Of a stretch of DNA of 64,000 nt, positions 63,347 through 64,000 are shown one piece after another; position 1 is the stretch's first letter, and every line of letters begins with the position of its first letter. Made by a program: the position numbers and the translations under genes. The notes under the pieces were generated by a model. That model was given only the letters and a program-made list of their open reading frames with translations. It was not told the origin of the DNA and made no database searches. Source of the DNA: Eledone cirrhosa (lineage: Eukaryota); contig OZ024743.1 in NCBI GenBank assembly GCA_964016885.1, forward strand, positions 294,562,001 through 294,626,000, given 5' to 3'.

Positions 63347-64000
63347 TAGTAATAATAATAAATTTGAAGACTAAAATCCAAAGAGGGCTCGATAAGGATA
63401 AATATATATCAAATATATAAGAACCGTAGAGCAAATATTTATTAAAATAAAAGATTAAAGTTTAAGCAAAGAATCGCTGTTTTCACCCTTAACGGAATCT
63501 TCTGAAACTAAAAAAGTCACTCTGTAAACGCAGAAGTGGATATTTCAAAAAACGTAGCAACCGGAGGAAGACAGCAAGACGATACTTTGGTTCGTGGAAA
63601 CGTTCCCTGGCAAAGAACGGTAAAAAACGAATATAATACGTTATTAATAGGAGCGGTGAAAAACAATTACACGCAAAGACAGAATCACGTTTAAGGTATA
63701 AAAGAAGTCGTAGACTAATGTTCTCTTAGGTGGTTCATAGAGACGTTCTCTGGCAATGAACGGAAAAAACGAAGATAATACGTCATATGTGGAGCGTGGA
63801 GAACAATTGCAAGCAAAGGCAAAACCACGTAAATGGTATAGCTGAAGTCGTAGACTAAATTCTAACTAGGAAACCGAATGAATCTCCGCTTCAGAGTATA
63901 TAAATACACTACAGAGGTAATAGAAATTAAATAAATGCATACACGCATGCAAATACGTACATACACAAGCATGCGCAAAATACTCGCCATAGGTATACAA
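63347..64000 (-). mobile_element. Family C PLE 3' pLTR running off the window end, with a CAGAAGA hammerhead at 63450-63525
   Basis: Reverse complement of 43640-44210, plus the terminal segment seen at 36490-36590. Confidence 0.88.

Overview
AT-rich eukaryotic non-coding DNA. It is very probably octopus/cephalopod, inferred from a characteristic tRNA-derived SINE and the abundant (TA)n tracts. I found no host gene, and most ORFs in the supplied track are microsatellite artefacts. The window is dominated by retroelements inserted into (TA)n tracts. These comprise (1) Penelope-like elements (PLEs; RT + C-terminal GIY-YIG) of two types, Neptune-like (YIDD/YLDD) and a YRDDG/A type, often as tail-out inverted pairs, including a ~6.5-kb palindrome; (2) several ORF-less tandem/inverted units of about 318, 450, 558 and 597 bp, each carrying one hammerhead ribozyme (retrozyme/pLTR-like); (3) a 7-kb head-to-tail array of a ~605-bp bipartite RTE-derived element. 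There are also octopus-type SINEs and two decayed Tc1/mariner transposons. Folding by eye gives about 25 type I hammerhead motifs from about 13 families. They include a family with a recurrent non-canonical CAGAAGA (U4A) core, one with a compensatory U3-A8 core, and one array whose 5' end falls exactly on the predicted self-cleavage site.
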